This document shows positions 27,854 through 40,498 of a stretch of DNA of 64,000 bases, one piece after another. Numbering within the stretch: position 1 is the stretch's first letter; each line of letters starts with the position of its first letter. Source of the DNA: Eledone cirrhosa (taxonomy: Eukaryota); the NCBI GenBank assembly GCA_964016885.1, contig OZ024757.1:25420001-25484000 (forward strand). The letters are read 5' to 3'. A model generated the notes under the pieces. It worked only from the letters and a program-made list of their open reading frames with translations, was not told the origin of the DNA and did not search any database. The position numbers were made by a program, and so were the translations under genes.

Positions 27854-28421
27854 GAGTTGGAACCCAAAGACTGAGCTCTTGCCGTTTCAACAGCTAGTTC
27901 CAGACTCTTTCTCATACAGTCACACACTACTAGTCCAAGTATTAAGTACTCTGTTGAACAATGGTCTAACTGGTTTAATACTGGTTCAATCCTGATATAT
28001 ATGTATCTGGCTAGAATTCTCTCACCTCTTCCTGTTCAAACCGGACACTCATACTGATGTTATGGTATTGTTCTCAAAATCTCATATATTCAATATTATG
28101 TGAGGTAAAGTGTTTACCGTGAAAATATAATAATATATATAGAGTAATGCAAATGGTAAAGAGTTTAAAAATATAAAGGAAAAAAAGAATTAAAAAAATA
28201 AAAATTCAGACCATGATATTCAACAAAGGAGCTGGGTTTGCTCCCATAAACTTGGCATGAAAAAAAAAGTTGTTTTAAAAACAATACCATAATAAAACAA
28301 AAAGAGACATAAAAAAAAGATTTATAAAACATTTTTTCTTTTGTTTCAGATAGTTTCAAAAACCTGATTTTTTTTTTGTGAGGGGTGCGGGGGTAGAAAT
28401 TGTAAATATATATACACCCAC

Positions 28422-28611
28422 CTTCTCGTTAAGACACTCAACCAAGTCCCTCACATACCCTCTTGTTTCCTGAAAGAATTTGAACCGTTCTTCCAAGACG
28501 CTAGAACTTTTCTCAGCTTCCTCAATCTCTTTGTTAGATTCCTCCAAGTGGACCAACAGCGTGCCACGTTCATTCACATGGCTGTGGTGGACTTCCGTTA
28601 TTGAATCTAAG
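28422..28611 (-). CDS. PAXBP1: PAXBP1 exon 8 (LDSITEVHH...RFKFFQETRGYVRDLVECLNEK)
   Basis: conserved motif; phase 2->0. Confidence 0.92.
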
Positions 28612-28714
28612 CTGCATAAACCAAAATCAGAAACAGTTTGTTTTTCTTTTTAGTAAAACATGTTAAGATATTAAAAGCAAAAAAAAAAAAAAAATGCGTA
28701 CTGTATTTGATGGC

Positions 28715-29060
28715 ATACAAGACCCACAACGGAACAAACCCCATAATTACACAAGACCCACAACTGAACAAACCCCAAATTACACAAGACCCACAACAGA
28801 ACAAACCCCATAATTACACAAGACCCACAACTGAACAAACCCTAAATTACACAAGACCCACAACTGAACAAACCCCATAATTACACAAGACCTACAACTG
28901 AACAAACCCCATAATTACACAAGACCCACAATTGAACAAACCCCATAATTACACAAGAACCACAAACATACAAGACCCATAATCATACAAAACCCATAAC
29001 GATTCAAGACCCTCAAGCAAATAAGAACCATAATAATACAAGACTCACAAGTATACAAGA
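28715..29060. repeat. 33-34 bp minisatellite
   Basis: ACAAGACCCACAACTGAACAAACCCCATAATTAC. Confidence 0.88.
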
Positions 29061-29726
29061 CTTCCCCTTCTAATATAGTAGGAAATATAAACCCTTTTGA
29101 TACAAACCCACCTAATTTAAAGGGTTCCTATTAACTTATCTTCCTAATCTTCCAACATAATTTAATATAACAAACATATGTTAAATTACCTTCAAATATG
29201 ATAGTAATAATGAAAATTCTGCCCCCTCATGACCCTCAAGAAGTGAGAAGGAAAAAGTAATCAAATACAGCAGGTTTCATTCGAAAGACAGTAAAATGTT
29301 AGGAAAATATGTGTGTATATATAAGGGCATCCAACTGTAGAAAACCTGCCAGACAGTCCTATGCGAGCAAGACAATCACTCTTGCCTCAAGTGGGAATAC
29401 CCCCGTCCAAACCCATGCAAGCGTGGAACACGGACGTTAAACGTTGATGATGATGATGATGATGATATATACACAGTGTGTTCGCTTTTTGCGCAAAGAT
29501 GCGTTTGTGAATGTGGCGCATGAAGCAAATTGACGTAATTCAAGTCTAATACAGTGAAATTCTGTTATATTAAAATTCATGAGGGTATGAAAGAAATTCT
29601 TTGTAACGAAAAATTCTTTATAACGAGATCGACCAAAACAAATCGAGCATTTATTTATTACCTAGGGGATTGAAAAAAATTTCATTATACTGAAAATTTT
29701 GTTATTCATTATAACAGAATTTTATC

Positions 29727-29758
<32 letters not shown>

Positions 29759-30335
29759 GTGTGTTCTCATTATACGTAAAGATGCGTTTGTGAATGCACA
29801 TTTGCATGGAGCAAATTCGTGTAATTCAAGTCTAATATTTCTGAAGAATGAACAAATTAAAACCCACATGCATTATTCCTGCAAAGTAAATATTTAATAA
29901 TATTCTTTCAAGACACATTAAATCGAATTCATGTAATTCAAGTTCGCGTAAAAAGCATACAGACTGTATTTAAATTCACACACATAGTAAAAAAAACTTG
30001 ATCAGTGGAAGTTGCTGTGGTGACTAAAACAGCAATTCTTCTTGACCATTCACCAAGATATACCTACCTTTAGCTGTGTGTATCGTATAATAATAGCTGT
30101 ACCATGTTCAGTGCAGTTCGTTTCAGTTCAGCGTGTCAGCCATTGAATTGAAAACACACACACACACACATGGAGAAAACCTCCAAAACAGAAGCTTCTT
30201 TGGAAGGGGCTTGAACATCAGCTTGAAGAAACTACTATATGCCATCTGGGGGTCACGGATACATTGGTTTTACTTACCCAACACTGCGCTGACAGTTAGG
30301 TAAGGGCAGGGGCCAAATAAAGCAAACAGACTTAC

Positions 30336-30526
30336 CGCTCCTTCAGTTTCTTTTGTATCAGTTCTAGAGTTAACTCATTACAGCCCTTGGAAGTTAGGGA
30401 AAAGGGTTGGAAATTGGATTTCACAGCTTGGTTAATATAGGACACTTGGTCGGTTTTATAGTTTGAATCTCCTTTCTCAGTGGGGGGTATCGCATACTGT
30501 GTTGGTTGATCTTCATCTCGGTTCAC
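30336..30526 (-). CDS. PAXBP1: PAXBP1 exon 7 (VNRDEDQPTQY...LELIQKKLKE)
   Basis: AAG acceptor, GTAAG donor, phase 0->2. Confidence 0.82.
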
Positions 30527-31967
30527 CTTGATGTTTAAAAAAAAAACAAATATATATATATACACTTTGATATGTATAGGCAATATTTATTAGAATGCTG
30601 TTGAAGTGTGTGTATATTTTTTGGAGACACCCTGTATATATGTATATATATATATATATATACTATATGTAAGGGCGGAAGAACTGATAAGAGTCAATGG
30701 CCATCCAAAAATGTGAAAATATGTATATACACATCATCATCATCATCATCATCATCATCATTTTACGTCCGCTTTTCCCTGCTTGCAAGGGTGGGACGAG
30801 AACTGATTCTGGCTTGATTTCTACAGCTGGATGCCCTTCCTAACACCAACCTCATTTACAGTGAGTGCTGGATGCTTTTTTGCTGTGGTACCCCCACGAC
30901 CACTTTGCAGTGGAATGATAGGGACCCCAGTCCCTATCATCTCATTTCTACAGCTGAGTAAACTGGAGCAATGTGAAATAAAGTGTCTTGCTCAAGGAAA
31001 CAACACATCGCCCGGTCTGAGAATTGAACTCACAATCTTTCGATTGCAAGGCCAATGCTCTTACCTCTAAGCTATGTGCCTCCATATGTATGTGTATGTA
31101 TATACGTGTGTATATGCCTGGGGAGTCAGGGAGGGGCATGTACCTCTGTAGGAGGGGCTAGCCATGCCCTTTTCAGGACAGCTCGTCCTGCATTGGGTCC
31201 CACCTGACACTCAGCTCTCACCTGTGGCCCCAAGAAGCTGTAGCATGCGACAGCGACCACACCCCAGTAAACCGCCTTGGCTGGCGGACCGAACCAGGTT
31301 GAGGGTAGCCGGACGGGTCTGAACCCCCCCCCCCCCCCCCCGTGAGTTAGATAGGGGATGCCTGCCCCTGCATGTGGAGACTGGACCCGGCGGAGTGAGT
31401 GGAGGAGGACAACATCGTCCCAACAGTCACAAAGGTGGCGACAGCAAGCGGTCTGGAGCCCTAGGGCACGGCAAGGCACTACAGACATCGTGGCCATCCA
31501 CTGCAGCCAAGGAAGTCCCTGGTCGGGACGGTCCTCCGTACCACCGGATTCTGGCTTCTACGGCCGAGTGAGTGGGACCGTCACTGTGCACTGGCCCTCC
31601 CACTATAAACCTTTCCTGCACAGTTTTCTTCTTTAGCGTGCACTCCTAAAGCCCGGCCCCACAGCAGACGGGAACTAAAATAAAGATGTCATCATCGTTT
31701 ACGATGGACAACCAAGATATATATATATATATGACAACAAAAAGCACCCAGTCCACGCTGTAAAGTAGTCGTGTGGGAGACACGGTAAAAAGGCTCCCAG
31801 TCTACACTGTAAATGTGGTTGGTCTTAGGAAAGGCATCCAGCCGTAGAAAACCTGCCAGAAACACTTCCATACGAGCGAGACACGATCTCCCAACCAATC
31901 CCGCATCAAATGGAACAAAATCGTCTAGTCCATGCTAGCGTTGAAGATGGACATTATATGATGATGA

Positions 31968-32010
<43 letters not shown>

Positions 32011-32333
32011 ATAGTATATTTACTACATATACTTGAATATAAGCTAACCCCATTATTAAATGAGAAAAAAATCTCCAGACCTTATTTATGTATAAATTTG
32101 AAGTGGTGAAAATTGTTAAAATATTGACCAGGAATATAAGCCAGATCAGTTCCTGTATGAGCAAGGCATGGTCAGCCGACCAAACACTGCACACAACAGG
32201 ACAACCCGTCTAACCCATGCTAGCGTGGAAGAACGGACGTAAAATGATGATGATGATGATGACTGCTTCTACCATACTAGTGTGGAAAATGGACGTTAAA
32301 CAATGATGATGAGATATATATATATAAACTTAC

Positions 32334-32410
32334 TTGTAGAAGATTCACAGCTTTTCTAATTTGCTGTTCTTCCCATCCACTTTCTAGGTCACTCCCTTCT
32401 TGATCACTGC
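32334..32410 (-). CDS. PAXBP1: PAXBP1 exon 6 (SDQEGSDLESGWEEQQIRKAVNLLQ)
   Basis: WEEQQIRK motif; GTAAGT donor; phase 1->0. Confidence 0.9.
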
Positions 32411-32543
32411 CTAGAGAATAAAATGGTATAAAATTTAACCTTTTAGCATTTAAACTGGCTGTATGCGGCCAGAATTATTTCACCTCTTTCTGTTCAAACT
32501 GGCCATAACCAAGCAAACAAATGACCATATAACCATGCGATAA

Positions 32544-32579
<36 letters not shown>

Positions 32580-32633
32580 CATACATACACACTGTATATA
32601 TATATATATATATAATAAAAAGCAGTATCTAAC

Positions 32634-32752
32634 CATGTTCAGCTGCTAAGAATTCATCTTTCATCTTCTGGCGTTCTCTGGCTTCCCTGTTGACAGAGAA
32701 ATCTATTCTGCCTTCTTCATCATCATCATCTGATTTATCATGGTCATCATCC
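32634..32752 (-). CDS. PAXBP1: PAXBP1 exon 5 (DDDHDKSDDDDEEGRIDFSV...AAEH)
   Basis: acidic tract plus RIxF motif; phase 2->1. Confidence 0.88.
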
Positions 32753-33760
32753 CTAGAAGGAAAAATAATTAAATATTAAAGTCTTTAGTTTATACTGTAC
32801 ATTTTCACAACAATCTGTCCACTAGTAAATACACTATAAACATTTCAATTAACAAACATTAAAAAAAATATTTTCTGCTAAATCATTACAGGATGTTAAG
32901 AGATAACACTGCACATTTCCACAATGATCTGTCCACTAGTAAAGATACTATAAACATTTGAATTAACAAACCTTTTTTTATATTTTCTGCTAAATCATTA
33001 CAGGATATTAAGAGCTAACCCTTTAGCATTTAAACTGGCCACATCCGGCCAGAATTTTCTCACCTCTTTCTGTTCAAACTTGCTGTAACCGGCTACTCAT
33101 ACTGATATTAAGATATTGTTCTCAAAATCTCATTGATTCAGTATTATGTGAGATAATTATGTAAGATAAAGCCTTTATTGTGAAAATACAAAAGTAAACA
33201 TAGAGTAATGTATATGCTAAAGCATTTAAACCTGCCATATTCGGCCAAAAATTCTCTCATCTCTTTCTGTTCAAACTGGCTGTAACTAGCCACTCATACT
33301 AATGTTAAGGTATTGTTCTCAAAATAAATAATATCAAAATCTCATAGATTCGATATTATGTGAGATAATTATGTAAGATAAAGCCTTTACCGTGAAAATA
33401 CAATAGTATATATGCAAATTTTCACAACAGTCTGTCCACTAATATCAAACCTGTTTTTTTTTTTTAAATATATTTTCTGCTAAATCATTACAGGTGGTTA
33501 AGAGTGAAATTCATTAACCCTTTCACATTTACATTATTCTATATTCACTAACGTATTTTCACACTAAACACTATCTCACATAATATTGAACCTACGAGAT
33601 TTTTATATTATTCATTTTGAGAACAATACCTTAACATAAGTATGAGCAGCCACTTATGGCAGGTTTCAACAGAAAGAGGTGAGAGAATTCTGGCTGGATA
33701 TGGATAGTTTAAATGCTAAAGGGTTAAAATAACAAAAATCATATCAATAATTTTGCACAC

Positions 33761-33893
33761 CTGACGAGGCGAGAGTTAGAATTCTCAGCTTTAGCCCCCG
33801 CTTCATCCAAGGGAATAAAATCTCCCATCTCTCGGGCCAGCTGTCGCTTCTTCCTTATCATATGTATCATAGTAGCATCGGGGATTTCACCCT
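33761..33893 (-). CDS. PAXBP1: PAXBP1 exon 4 (GEIPDATMIHMIRKKRQLAREMGDFIPLD...)
   Basis: conserved family motif; phase 1->2. Confidence 0.9.
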
Positions 33894-34204
33894 CTGAAAC
33901 AAACAAAAATATGTTGCAAGTAAATTACAGAACACCCCCATTTTGTTTCGTTTCATGATCATCACCCTTCACCCTAGAGTCCATCACCCTCCCCATTTTT
34001 TTGCAACCCTAGAGTCCTTGCCTTTCCTTCCATTTTCATAATCACAAAAGTCACTTGAATCTTTTACAATAAGCTGCAAGAAACATTGCACTCGATATTG
34101 CGCAGCAACCATTCCATTGTTGTTTGATGATAGTTTATGATCGAGATGTACAAACTCTACGGCCAAATAAAAAGATCAACTCGTGGTGTGAGTAGGTTAT
34201 GCCA

Positions 34205-34972
34205 GGAAGGAAGGTTGGCTGGTAAGAGAAGCCAGCAACCAAAATGATGGCTTGATAATGTCAACTTATGGACTGGACTTGATCTTTACTCTTTAAACTC
34301 TGCTGTTGATGATTGAAATGTATTATATATTCCTGGAAGGAAGGTTGGTTGGTAAGAGAAGCAGAGGCCGGCAGCCAAAACGATGGCTTGATAATGTCAA
34401 CTTATGGACTGGACTTGATCTTTACTCTTTAAACTCTGCTGTTGATGATTGAAATGTATTATATATTCCTGGAAGGAAGGTTGGTTGGTAAGAGAAGCAG
34501 AGGCCGGCAGCCAAAACGATGGCTTGATAATGTCAACTTATGGACTGGACTTGATCTTTACTCTTTAAACTCTGCTGTTGATGATTGAAATGTATTATAT
34601 ATTCCTGGAAGGAATGTTGGCTGGTAAGAGAAGCAGAGGCCGGCAGCCAAAAACGATGGCTTGACAATGTCAACTTATGGACTGGACTTGATCTTTAAAC
34701 TCTGCTGTTGATGATTGAAATGTATTATATATTCCTGGAAGGAATGTTGGCTGGTAAGAGAAGCAGAGGCCGGCAGCCAAAAACGATGGCTTGACAATGT
34801 CAACTTATGGACTGGACTTGATCTTTAAACTCTGCTGTTGATGATTGAAATGTATTATATATTCCTGGAAGGAATGTTGGCTGGTAAGAGAAGCAGAGGC
34901 CGGCAGCCAAAACGATGGCTTGATAATGTCAACTTATGGACTGGACTTGATCTTTACTCTTTAAACTCTGTT
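34205..34972 (+). repeat. 130-136 bp tandem array (6 copies) of an RTE 3' coding segment
   Basis: units start at 34205, 34335, 34471, 34607, 34737 and 34867; encodes EG..GKRSRGRQPKRWLDN. Confidence 0.88.
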
Positions 34973-35119
34973 GCTGGTGATCAAACTTTGCGGAGAGAGC
35001 TATCACATGTTAAGGCGCAGTCTGCAACTGGTGGAGTTTAACGTCACAAGATACATTGCACTCAATGCAGAGCTATAGGAATTTAGCTGAACAGTAATGT
35101 TATAATGTGACTAACTTAC

Positions 35120-35234
35120 TTTTCAAAACTGCCCTCAACATCTTTCGATCTTTAGGAGTTTCTTCATCACTTTCAGGCTCTTCATTTATAAGGGCATCAT
35201 CACCGTTTAGGGTACACAGCTCTTCCCGCAGTCG
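35120..35234 (-). CDS. PAXBP1: PAXBP1 exon 3 (RLREELCTLNGDD...MLRAVLK)
   Basis: polypyrimidine+CAG, GTAAGT donor, phase 0->1. Confidence 0.85.
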
Positions 35235-35676
35235 CTGAGGGGAGAAGAAAATCAAAATGATAATAATGATATTGAGATAACAATAATAATGGTTTCTGAT
35301 TTAGGTAAAAAGCCTGCAATTTTTTAGGGGGGAGGAAAGTCGATTAAATTGACTCCAATGCATTACTGGTACTTTATTTTATCAACCTCGTAAGGATGAA
35401 AAGCAAAGTTAACCTTGGTAGACTAGCTTTGCCTTTCATCCTTACATTGGTAAGAATAATAGCTTTTGATTTAGGCACAAGGCCAACAATTCTCAAGGGA
35501 GGGAGGTCAAAGTCGATTAAATCGACTCCAGTGCGTTAACTGGTACTTTATTTTATCAACCCCGTAAAGATGAAAAGCAAAGCTAACCACAGAGAACAGG
35601 ACAGCCTAGTATCTCTCATTAGAAATACGTTAACAAGAAAATGGGCTGTTAACGAAATCAACCCTCAACAACTTAC

Positions 35677-35873
35677 CTGTAGCTTCTCTTCGGTATTTAC
35701 CACAGGTGTGGCCTCGGCAGGTGGGGTTGCTGCTACTGCTGCCTTTGGTGCGACTGGTTCTTCTTCTTCGGTCTTCTTTCGTTCCTCTTTCTCTTTCAAA
35801 CTTTCCTTCTTCAGCTGTTTCGCTATTCGCTTGCTGTGACTAGATTTTTTCACTTGGAAGATTTCAGCATCAC
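35677..35873 (-). CDS. PAXBP1: PAXBP1 exon 2 (GDAEIFQVKKSSHSKRI...EEKLQ)
   Basis: tttag acceptor, GTAAGT donor, phase 1->0. Confidence 0.9.
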
Positions 35874-35959
35874 CTAAACAGATATTGTACACCGTTAGAT
35901 GTAAGTTAGAGGTATATATTGGTGAGAGCATATACACAGGAAGTATAAAAAATGCTATG

Positions 35960-36616
35960 CAGTTGTCCCCCGGTATTCATGGAGGTTACGTTTCTAGACC
36001 ACCCGTGAAGAGTGAAATACCGCGAATATTGGATATGGTGAAAAAAATACCTATAAACGTCAAAATATAATGTGTTGTTTCCTTGAGCAAGACACTTTAT
36101 TTCACATTGCTCCAGTTTACTCAGCTGTAGAAATAAGATGATAGGGACTGGGGTCCCTATCATTCCACTACAAAGTGGTCGTAGAGGTTTCACGGCAAAA
36201 AAAGCACCCAGCCCACACTGTAAAGTGGCTGTGTAGGCGCCACGGCAAAAAAGCACCCACCACTCACTGTAAATGAGGTTGGTGTTAGGAAGGGCATCCA
36301 GATGTAGAAATCAAGCCAGAATCAGTTCCCGTCCCACCCTTGCAAGCAGGGAAAAAGGGGACGTAAAATGGTGATGATGATGATGATGATAATAAAAAAA
36401 AAAAAGAGGGAGCATCTCATGCCAAGCAGTGTATAATAGGCCAGCAAATACAAATTAATAATTTAGCGCTAAAAAATATATATATTGCCATGAAAAGAAT
36501 TGCAGAAGATATTTATGATTCTGCAAATATGAGCTGGTTTCCTCAAGCAATTATTAGTTAGGTTCTAAGGAAAATTCTGCAAATAACCAGGACTGCGAAT
36601 GCCAGGAGTATACTGT
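35960..36616. mobile_element. Tigger/pogo-like MITE with a nested SINE
   Basis: CAGT...ACTG-TA ends; related copy from about 17967. Confidence 0.5.
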
Positions 36617-37183
36617 ATTTCAAAAGGCTATATTTTTTAAACAAATGACCATATACATGCGGTAACTTGTACAATACATGACTGAATATAAAATCGCATG
36701 ATTCTGTTTCACACACCCTGTATATTTGTGTGTGATAGGGAAAAATGGAGGGAGAAGGTTGTCATGGGTCTTGAAAGGCTAATTCCTGGGTGATTCTTGA
36801 AAAAATACAAAACTGCACAAAGAGTGTATTACATGGGTTTAAGCCACACTGTAAAGTGGTCGTGTAGGTGTCACGACAAAAAGCACCCAGTCCACACTGT
36901 AAATGTGGTTGGCGTTAGGAAGGGCATCTAGCCATAGAAACCAAGCCAGAAACAGTTGTCAGGGCAAGACATGGTCACCTGATCTGACTTATCTCATTAC
37001 AACCGGACAACTTGTCTAACCTATGCTAGCATGGAAAAATGTACGTTAAATGGTGATAATGATAATGACGATGTACAGTATATATATATATATGCAAAAG
37101 GCAAACAGAAATAGCAAAGCAAACGACACAGTACAATGAAGAAATATATTATTAGTTTTAGGCTTGATAGAGTAGGAAAAGGG

Positions 37184-37219
37184 TCTTAACGTTTCGGACG
37201 CTAGTCCTTCATCAGAAGA
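37184..37219 (-). ncRNA. Minimal Penelope-type hammerhead motif
   Basis: UCUU-CUGAUGA-A-GGAC(UAGC)GUCC-GAAACGUU/AAGA. Confidence 0.68.
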
Positions 37220-37737
37220 TAGAACGAGAAATTAAAGAAGAAACAAAAAGGAGACGAGCAGTGTGTAACAACGACGACAACTGAAACGAACGTGTACCTG
37301 ACCTGTTTAGGCGCCTACGAAAGCGAAAATAAACGAACTCCGCCACGGAAACTATCGATGCCATTGTTTACATAATGTAGACCTACGACGAAGCATCACC
37401 TACCAAAATGTGTTTGGGTTTTGTCGTAACGTTTTAAAATAGTTTATTTTTTTCATAAATTACTACATTGTTTTTGTCATTAATGAGTTAACTTGAGAGG
37501 AATACGATGACACCCCCACCCCACACACTGAAATATACAACCATGTACGTGATTAGATACGAGTCTGGAACTAGCTGTTGAAACGGCCGGAGCTCAGCCG
37601 TCGGGGATTTTTCATATATATATATATATATATATATACACAAATGTAATGAATCAAAACATATCTAATGTTAGAATTTTGTGTTTCTCAGTAAGCAAGC
37701 TCAACAGACTTCGTCCAGAGCCATAATAAATCAAATG

Positions 37738-37773
<36 letters not shown>

Positions 37774-38080
37774 CATTTGATTTATTCAATTTCCGTTATT
37801 GTAATCAATTTTGATTGTTCAACAAGAATCAAAGACCGCTTACAGTAGTGTGGATTGTGGTGTTTTAAATAATAATTTTGTAAATTTATATATAAACAAC
37901 CAAGACAACTCCAATAGATCTTTTCTCAGGGGTATATAAATATTCGTGTGTAAAGCTCTGTGTTGACCCAGTGCTATATATATATAAAGTGTCCCCCAAA
38001 AATGTATACACTTCAACAGCATTCTAATAAATATTGCCTGTACAAGTAATCAGTGTGTACACATTTTTGGGGATACCCTG

Positions 38081-38112
<32 letters not shown>

Positions 38113-38209
38113 CTGTGTATATATATATATATATATACAGTATGTACATATTACGTATGTATGTGTGTATATATATATATATATTAAAGAGTTAAACAAG
38201 ATTCAATGA

Positions 38210-38244
<35 letters not shown>

Positions 38245-38467
38245 CATTATATACGTGACGATCAAACTTAAGACGAAATAGATTTCCCACTTTGCCATCA
38301 AAATGGTGTAAGCTTGATCGTTGAGCATTCGAGCTTTTACTGTCTACACAATATTTTCCTTAGGTATGAAGTACTAAGTTGAACAATAATGGTCTTAAAC
38401 AGTAACATCTTATATATATATATATATATGGTTATATGTGCGTGTGCATTAAACGTCTATAAATTAC

Positions 38468-38669
38468 CTTCCTCTGAATCAACGAAACTAAGGAGGCTGG
38501 GAACGTCTCGCTTCTTCTGTTTTTCTTTAATTTTCGAATCATTGTTCCCATTATTAAGCGAATCCTTTACGTGTGCTTCCTCCTTTTCACCATCATTTTC
38601 GTCCTCGGAATCACTTGTCGCAATTTTTCTCCTGAAATTTCTCCGAGGTTTTTTAAACATGGTAGCCAT
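38468..38669 (-). CDS. PAXBP1: PAXBP1 exon 1 (MATMFKKPRRNFRR...FVDSEE)
   Basis: ATG at 38669 with in-frame ATG at 38660; donor GTAATT; phase 1. Confidence 0.88.
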
Positions 38670-38768
38670 TTTGGAAATGTTTCTGTTGCATTCTGGGAAA
38701 CCTAATTTACTGCAATGTATGATGTGTGCATGACTGTGTGTATGTATGTATCTCTCTCTCTGTATATA

Positions 38769-38824
<56 letters not shown>

Positions 38825-39049
38825 GAGAGATACATGCACACACACACATATATATATATATATATACCATGCTTGCATGGGTTTGACGAGTTGTCTTGTT
38901 ATGTGGCTAACCAGGTCGGGTGACAGAGCAATTTTGGGGTTTGGCTCTCTACGGCTTGATGCCCTTCCTAATATCAACCACATTGCAGGGTTAACTTACA
39001 GCCACTATTGCTGGCACTCGTTCTCATATATATATGTATATATATATAA

Positions 39050-39390
39050 TTGTCAGAAGAAACCGTCTCCAACTGGTCAGGCTGGATCCCGCCAAGCGAG
39101 ACCAGCCAATCTCAAGGATGTTATCCAACCATCTCGCTCGGGGTCTACCCCCGGGTCCTCTGCCAGTTGATTTTGCCCGTAAAATCTGTCCACCGATTCT
39201 TTCCTGAGACATTCTGACCACATGTCCATAGTATCGGAGCTGTGATCACCCAATTCGGAGAAGTAGCGGCTCTACTTGGAGTGACTCTCTGATCTCCGAG
39301 TTACGCAAGACACTTCGGAGAAACCCCATTTCGGCAACTTGCATTCACGATCGTATGCTTTCGGTCGTTACCCAAAATGCCCATAGGTAA
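39050..39390 (-). mobile_element. RTE LINE 3' fragment in the divergent promoter region
   Basis: GHVVRMSQER...GRPRARWLDNI; related copy at 3430-3660 (+). Confidence 0.7.
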
Positions 39391-39497
39391 GTGTTGGTAC
39401 TATTTCTGAATTAAAAAAAAATTAAAAAAACAAAATGAAAATTTCAAGGGAAGTAAATCCGTCATATTATTTTTATGAGTTACCTACCTTGATCAGG

Positions 39498-39512
39498 GTT
39501 GTTGTTGGTAAC
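39498..39512 (+). promoter_or_regulatory. Candidate RFX X-box
   Basis: GTTGTTGTTGGTAAC with a perfect RGYAAC half-site about 100 bp upstream of the ATG of a ciliary gene. Confidence 0.4.
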
Positions 39513-39609
39513 AGATACACAATATGGCCGATTGTATTTGCGTGTGTATATAGTTCGGATATATTAAATAAATATATATTTATATATATTTCTAGCCATC
39601 ACATTAAAA

Positions 39610-39729
39610 ATGCCACCTTTTGAGAGAATGCATCCGATGTTTTATGCTTTAAGCAATTTCAGACGAAGAAAATTCAAGGAATGCGCCGAATTATGTACTA
39701 GTATTCTAGAAAAGACACCTTATGACGAG
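39610..39729 (+). CDS. TTC8: TTC8 exon 1 (MPPFERMHPMFYALSNFRRRKFKECAELCTSILEKTPYDE)
   Basis: ATG at 39610; GTAAGT donor. Confidence 0.9.
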
Positions 39730-40498
39730 GTAAGTAATGTTAAATATATATTTTATAATGAACGGCGAAGATGTTTTTAACTGTCGCCAGAGTTAATTTC
39801 ATGTGTGTGTTTATTATTTCCGTTATGTTCTATAGTATTTGGACACTAAACCTAGTTAATGACAAGGGGTTAGTTACATGTACGAACGAGGAAAACTTTT
39901 AAACACACACACAACGAAGCAACAGGAATACAAAAATATTGAATTTCGATGTAATTGTTTTTACTGAAGAAAATAATTTGATAAATTTTGCGGTTATCTT
40001 GAACTTTCTCGCGTTCAATTATTTTCTTGTTTTTTTTAAAAATAATTTTAAGAAAAGTAAATAAGAAACATAAATTATAATATATAAAAGTGTCTTATTA
40101 TACATCATAATAATTGTTTCTACATTTGGCACAAGGCCAGCAAAATATGCAGTACATTACTGGTACTTTATTTTCTCGACCCCATAAGGATGAAAGGCAA
40201 AGTTAACCTCGGCGGGATTTGGACTCAGTCTGTAAAGGGACGTAACTAAGCTGGAAAGCATGGCGTCCGACTCTCTACCGATACTTCCAATCCAAATGTA
40301 TCCAATACACAATATTGCCGAAAATGTTTTCTTGAACAGGAACTCCTGGATGGAGAGTGCCAAAAAGTGCCTCGTTTGATCTCCCCATGGCACGGAATTT
40401 GACTTTGCAAAGCCCTTCCACACACTTTGTGGGGATTGGGTTAGGGTAAATTGAATAATTTAAAATTTAATTATGAAAACGAAGCTACCGAATAAATA

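Larger units (their letters stand above)
4197..38669 (-). other. PAXBP1: PAXBP1/GCFC1 gene span (19 coding exons, 2523 nt CDS, 840 aa)
   Basis: Exons join with consistent phases at GT-AG sites. Motifs MFKKPRRNFRR, GEIPDA...RKKRQLARE, WEEQQIRK, RRVAEREARR, EGLSSDDE, AYIGLCLPKLFNP, LDDDVFMPLY and FPKQWF match the PAXBP1/GCFC family as recalled. Confidence 0.93.
38670..39609. promoter_or_regulatory. Divergent (candidate bidirectional) promoter region PAXBP1/TTC8
   Basis: 940 bp between opposed ATGs. Confidence 0.6.
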
